Shown in pieces: positions 17,584 to 20,000 of a stretch of 20,000 nt of DNA. The stretch spans positions 128,636 to 148,635 of the forward strand of contig CAZHVK010000004.1 in NCBI GenBank assembly GCA_964535955.1. The letters are read 5' to 3'. The notes beneath the pieces were generated by a model, which was not told where the DNA came from, ran no database searches, and was given only the letters and a program-made list of their open reading frames with translations. Each line of letters starts with the position of its first letter. Position 1 is the first letter of the stretch. The translations under genes were made by a program, and so were the position numbers. The DNA is from an uncultured Methanosarcinales archaeon (GTDB lineage: Archaea; Nanobdellota; Nanobdellia; Woesearchaeales; CAXGTL01).

Positions 17584-17670
17584 TATATAGTGAGTTTCCT
17601 TTATATATAAATCTTACGAATGTCCAGTGACCACTGACAAAGAAGCTCTCTATTGGCTTAATTTAAGTGT
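17584..17670 (-). promoter_or_regulatory. Repeat D copy 2 upstream of the MTase
   Basis: TATATAG..TCCTTTATA..AAATCT.ACG..TGTCCAGTGACCACTGAC..AGAAGCT..TATTG..AAGTGT is colinear with 4315-4410. Confidence 0.75.
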
Positions 17671-17675
17671 TTGAA

Positions 17676-17930
17676 TTAACAAAAACCAATTACTTTAAAC
17701 AAAAAGCCCAAAATTATCAAAAAAATGCTTGTTGGTATAGATAAAACAAAACCAAATTTTTTCAAAGGCATATAAAAGGCAAGACCAAAAACAATCCACA
17801 AAACTAAAAATAACATTCCTAATCCAATTATATTTAAACAAAATTTATTAATTGAAAGTAATATTAATCCAAATATTATTAAAACTAAAACAAACCACCC
17901 TAACGGTCCAAAAGCTTTCTTATTTTTCAT
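17676..17930 (-). CDS. Small membrane protein (84 aa, about 3 TM)
   Basis: GAGGTGA RBS before the ATG at 17930. MKNKKA-FG N-terminus followed by hydrophobic helices. Confidence 0.75.
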   Translation of the reverse strand: MKNKKAFGPLGWFVLVLIIFGLILLSINKFCLNIIGLGMLFLVLWIVFGLAFYMPLKKFGFVLSIPTSIFLIILGFLFKVIGFC

Positions 17931-17941
17931 ATTTTCACCTC

Positions 17942-19396
17942 TTAAATTAACTTCCCCAACTCCCTCACAATCCAAACCATACCCTCAGTATCCAAACAAC
18001 AATACTTAAGCAGATTCTCCCTGATATCTTTTTTGGGTGGAAGGTCTATCTCTGGGGTGGTGTTCTTCTCATTAATTTCCTTAATATGACTATAGAAATA
18101 CAAAGCACTTGCATCAGCACCATTAGCAATCTCTAATGAAGAATATGATTCACCAGTTACTGCAGGCAACACTTTCTTAATTGAATATGAACCTTTCTGA
18201 CTAGGATTGTAATAATAATACTTACGAAAGACATCAGCTAAATCAATAATTCGATCTAAAACACCAGTAATCCATTTTTCCTTAGGAAAATCTTCTAATA
18301 ATTTAGTCAAAACATTTATCTCAAAGGATTTGTTAAACACAACCACACTACCTTTACCTTTTGTATGTTTCTTAAGAGATTTCAATAACTCAGGCCTAGG
18401 ATCTCCACCAGAAGAAAGGAACTCATAATGTTTAACAGAACCTTTCTTAGGCTGAACATGAACAGAATACTGAAAAGCAATCTTTTGCCAAGGTCTACAT
18501 TTATCAAATATAGGCACAGCAGTATCAAAAGTCTCAAAATCCAGATGACAAAGTGGATATTTCAACAATTTTAAGAACTTTTTAACTTCTTTTTTAGAAA
18601 CAATAACTTTATTCTTCAAACTAGCTTCTAATATAACTTTATCCTTAGCACTTAATTCAGTACCTTTAGGAATATCCTCAAGCTTAACAATTCCTTGGTG
18701 GAAAAGTTTCCAATACAATCTCCAATTAGTCAACAACAAAACATTATTCTTAGGTAAACCACTATAACAATCAGATTTCATAGAACATTTGTAAGGTTTA
18801 TTACAATTCTTAGATATAGTGATAGGCGGCTTATCACCTTTCATAACCTTAAGATAATGTTTACAATTCTCTTCAATCCTATCAACTAAATTAACCTTTT
18901 CAGTAACTTCTTCAATTACACATAACTTCTTAGGATTAATCTTACCTTTTTTAACAAACTCTTTATTCAAATACAATACAAAACATTTATCAACAACTAA
19001 GCCAGATTTCTCTAACACATACTTCTGAAATGCTAGATCAGGTATGTGTTCAGGCTTTTGTTTAGTAGAAGCTTTTATTTCATACAGATTCCATTTAGAA
19101 CCATTAGGTTCAAGAACATCTGCTCTTAAGAACAAATCATCTACTTTAATACCAGCTTCAAATATTGTCTTTCTCTTACCAATTAATTCTTTAGTCTTTT
19201 CAATATTATCATTAAACTCTAATTCACCTAGATCAACACCTTTAGGAAAGAGTTTATGTGCATATGCTTCAAACTCATGTCCTTGGCTTAGCCTTTGTTT
19301 ATCTGAAATACTTTTCTCAGGCAATAGTTTCCTAGAACTAAGCCAAAGTAGTCTAAGGCATTGTTGTCCAGTCATGTATTTTGATTTGGTTAGCAT
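17942..19396 (-). CDS. DUF2779-like protein: Cas4-like PD-(D/E)XK domain + RNase H/DEDD-like exonuclease domain
   Basis: LTKSKY..G.QC..LLW, ADVL...YEIKAST, C..PY.C.....C, LDFET, FQYSVH, SYSIKKVLP and YC.LDT. TTTATATA about 25 nt upstream supports the start at 19396. Confidence 0.85.
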   Translation of the reverse strand: MLTKSKYMTGQQCLRLLWLSSRKLLPEKSISDKQRLSQGHEFEAYAHKLFPKGVDLGELEFNDNIEKTKELIGKRKTIFEAGIKVDDLFLRADVLEPNGSKWNLYEIKASTKQKPEHIPDLAFQKYVLEKSGLVVDKCFVLYLNKEFVKKGKINPKKLCVIEEVTEKVNLVDRIEENCKHYLKVMKGDKPPITISKNCNKPYKCSMKSDCYSGLPKNNVLLLTNWRLYWKLFHQGIVKLEDIPKGTELSAKDKVILEASLKNKVIVSKKEVKKFLKLLKYPLCHLDFETFDTAVPIFDKCRPWQKIAFQYSVHVQPKKGSVKHYEFLSSGGDPRPELLKSLKKHTKGKGSVVVFNKSFEINVLTKLLEDFPKEKWITGVLDRIIDLADVFRKYYYYNPSQKGSYSIKKVLPAVTGESYSSLEIANGADASALYFYSHIKEINEKNTTPEIDLPPKKDIRENLLKYCCLDTEGMVWIVRELGKLI

Positions 19397-19437
19397 ATAG
19401 ACTAAAGAACACGCCTCAAATATATAAATCCTTTCCC

Positions 19438-19497
19438 ATATATCACAATAATTAATTATATAAACCACCTCATTCTCCAAATCCACAAAACGAGGTG
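19438..19497 (+). promoter_or_regulatory. Repeat F copy 1: promoter block followed by GAGGTG RBS
   Basis: 19438-19465 matches 19944-19971 at 27/28 nt. Confidence 0.85.
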
Positions 19498-19564
19498 AAC
19501 CAAACTAACAACCATAAAATGCCCAAACTGTAAGACAGAGATAAAGATTGGAATATATAGAGAG

Positions 19565-19729
19565 ATGACAAAACAAGAGATATCTAAGAACACACAAGCA
19601 AGATTAAAACATAAGTTCTCTGATTTAGAGGATTATGAAAAGAAATACTTGCAACAACTACTTAATGAAGAAAGATATAACAGAAAATTATTCCAAAAAG
19701 TGATAAAAGAATTTAGTGAAAATGAATAA
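19565..19729 (+). CDS. Small hypothetical protein (54 aa from ATG; frame open from 19499 with a CPNC motif); not in the ORF track
   Basis: Manual translation MTKQEISKNTQARLKHKFSDLEDYEKKYLQQLLNEERYNRKLFQKVIKEFSENE*. The stop overlaps the next ATG. Confidence 0.6.
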   Translation: MTKQEISKNTQARLKHKFSDLEDYEKKYLQQLLNEERYNRKLFQKVIKEFSENE

Positions 19730-19940
19730 AAACAACAAAACAAAAACAAAGGATTTAACTAATTTACAAACCAAGATCTTAGCAGATGTAGATGATGAAC
19801 TCTACTTATTAAAAAAGAGAATACAATCAAAGTTTGACTTAACATGGGCAAAAGCAAGAGATTCTGTAAATGAATCAATTGCTAGATTATGTTGTGATTG
19901 TTGGAATAAAAGAAAGATGTATGGTTGTGGTAAAAAATAA
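19722..19940 (+). CDS. Small hypothetical protein with C-terminal Cys cluster
   Basis: ORF overlapping the previous gene by 8 nt, ending LCCDCWNKRKMYGCGKK. Confidence 0.6.
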   Translation: MNKNNKTKTKDLTNLQTKILADVDDELYLLKKRIQSKFDLTWAKARDSVNESIARLCCDCWNKRKMYGCGKK

Positions 19941-19943
19941 CCA

Positions 19944-20000
19944 ATATATCACAATAATTAACTATATAAACAAGCTATAATTCCAAAAACTAAAGAGGTG
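19944..20000 (+). promoter_or_regulatory. Repeat F copy 2: promoter block + RBS for a gene beyond the window
   Basis: ATATATCACAATAATTAACTATATAAAC followed by GAGGTG at 19995-20000. Confidence 0.85.

Noticed and set aside
64..19400. Short ORFs antisense to or overlapping confident genes (64-276, 993-1259, 2292-2534, 2759-3007, 3795-3986, 4694-4921, 4892-5113, 7233-7460, 7851-8126, 8263-8475, 8820-9041, 9894-10199, 10439-10669, 14781-15110, 15537-15725, 19044-19400)
   Set aside because: Shadow frames, mostly F/L/S/I-rich, of A-rich coding strands with no RBS or motifs. The LPSPY.MKH similarity between 993-1259 and 2759-3007 only reflects DNA repeat B.
4899..19486. Longer ORF-track starts (4899, 8071, 8652, 10625, 10896, 17975, 19486)
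   Set aside because: The extensions run through TATA boxes, RBSs or adjacent genes. Downstream ATGs fit promoter and RBS spacing better.

Overview
AT-rich window that reads as an archaeal accessory/defence island. The DPANN/Woesearchaeota-like origin is inferred from TTTA(T/A)ATA TATA boxes about 25 nt before leaderless ATGs and from GAGGTGA ribosome-binding sites. Genes: class II Fic protein, HD hydrolase, wHTH-MNT/HEPN pair, Cys-rich lipoprotein, BRO-N protein, YmdB-like macrodomain, membrane-anchored UvrD/HelD-like helicase with an inserted nuclease-like domain, convergent DarG/DarT pair, small HNH nuclease, large Cys-rich surface protein, YdjM-like hydrolase, membrane-bound Mrr-type nuclease, Vsr + HTH-REase + C5-methyltransferase R-M locus and a DUF2779-like nuclease. 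The most striking feature is non-coding. At least six different short repeat families recur in front of or around unrelated genes, with homology ending near start and stop codons. This suggests reusable expression scaffolds into which genes are swapped. A duplicated RHH-like regulator module (palindromic operator, basic tail, variable small partner gene) brackets DarTG and is a candidate new TA or regulatory system. No rRNA, tRNA, CRISPR array, integrase or transposase was recognised. Family assignments come from motif recognition only, not database searches.
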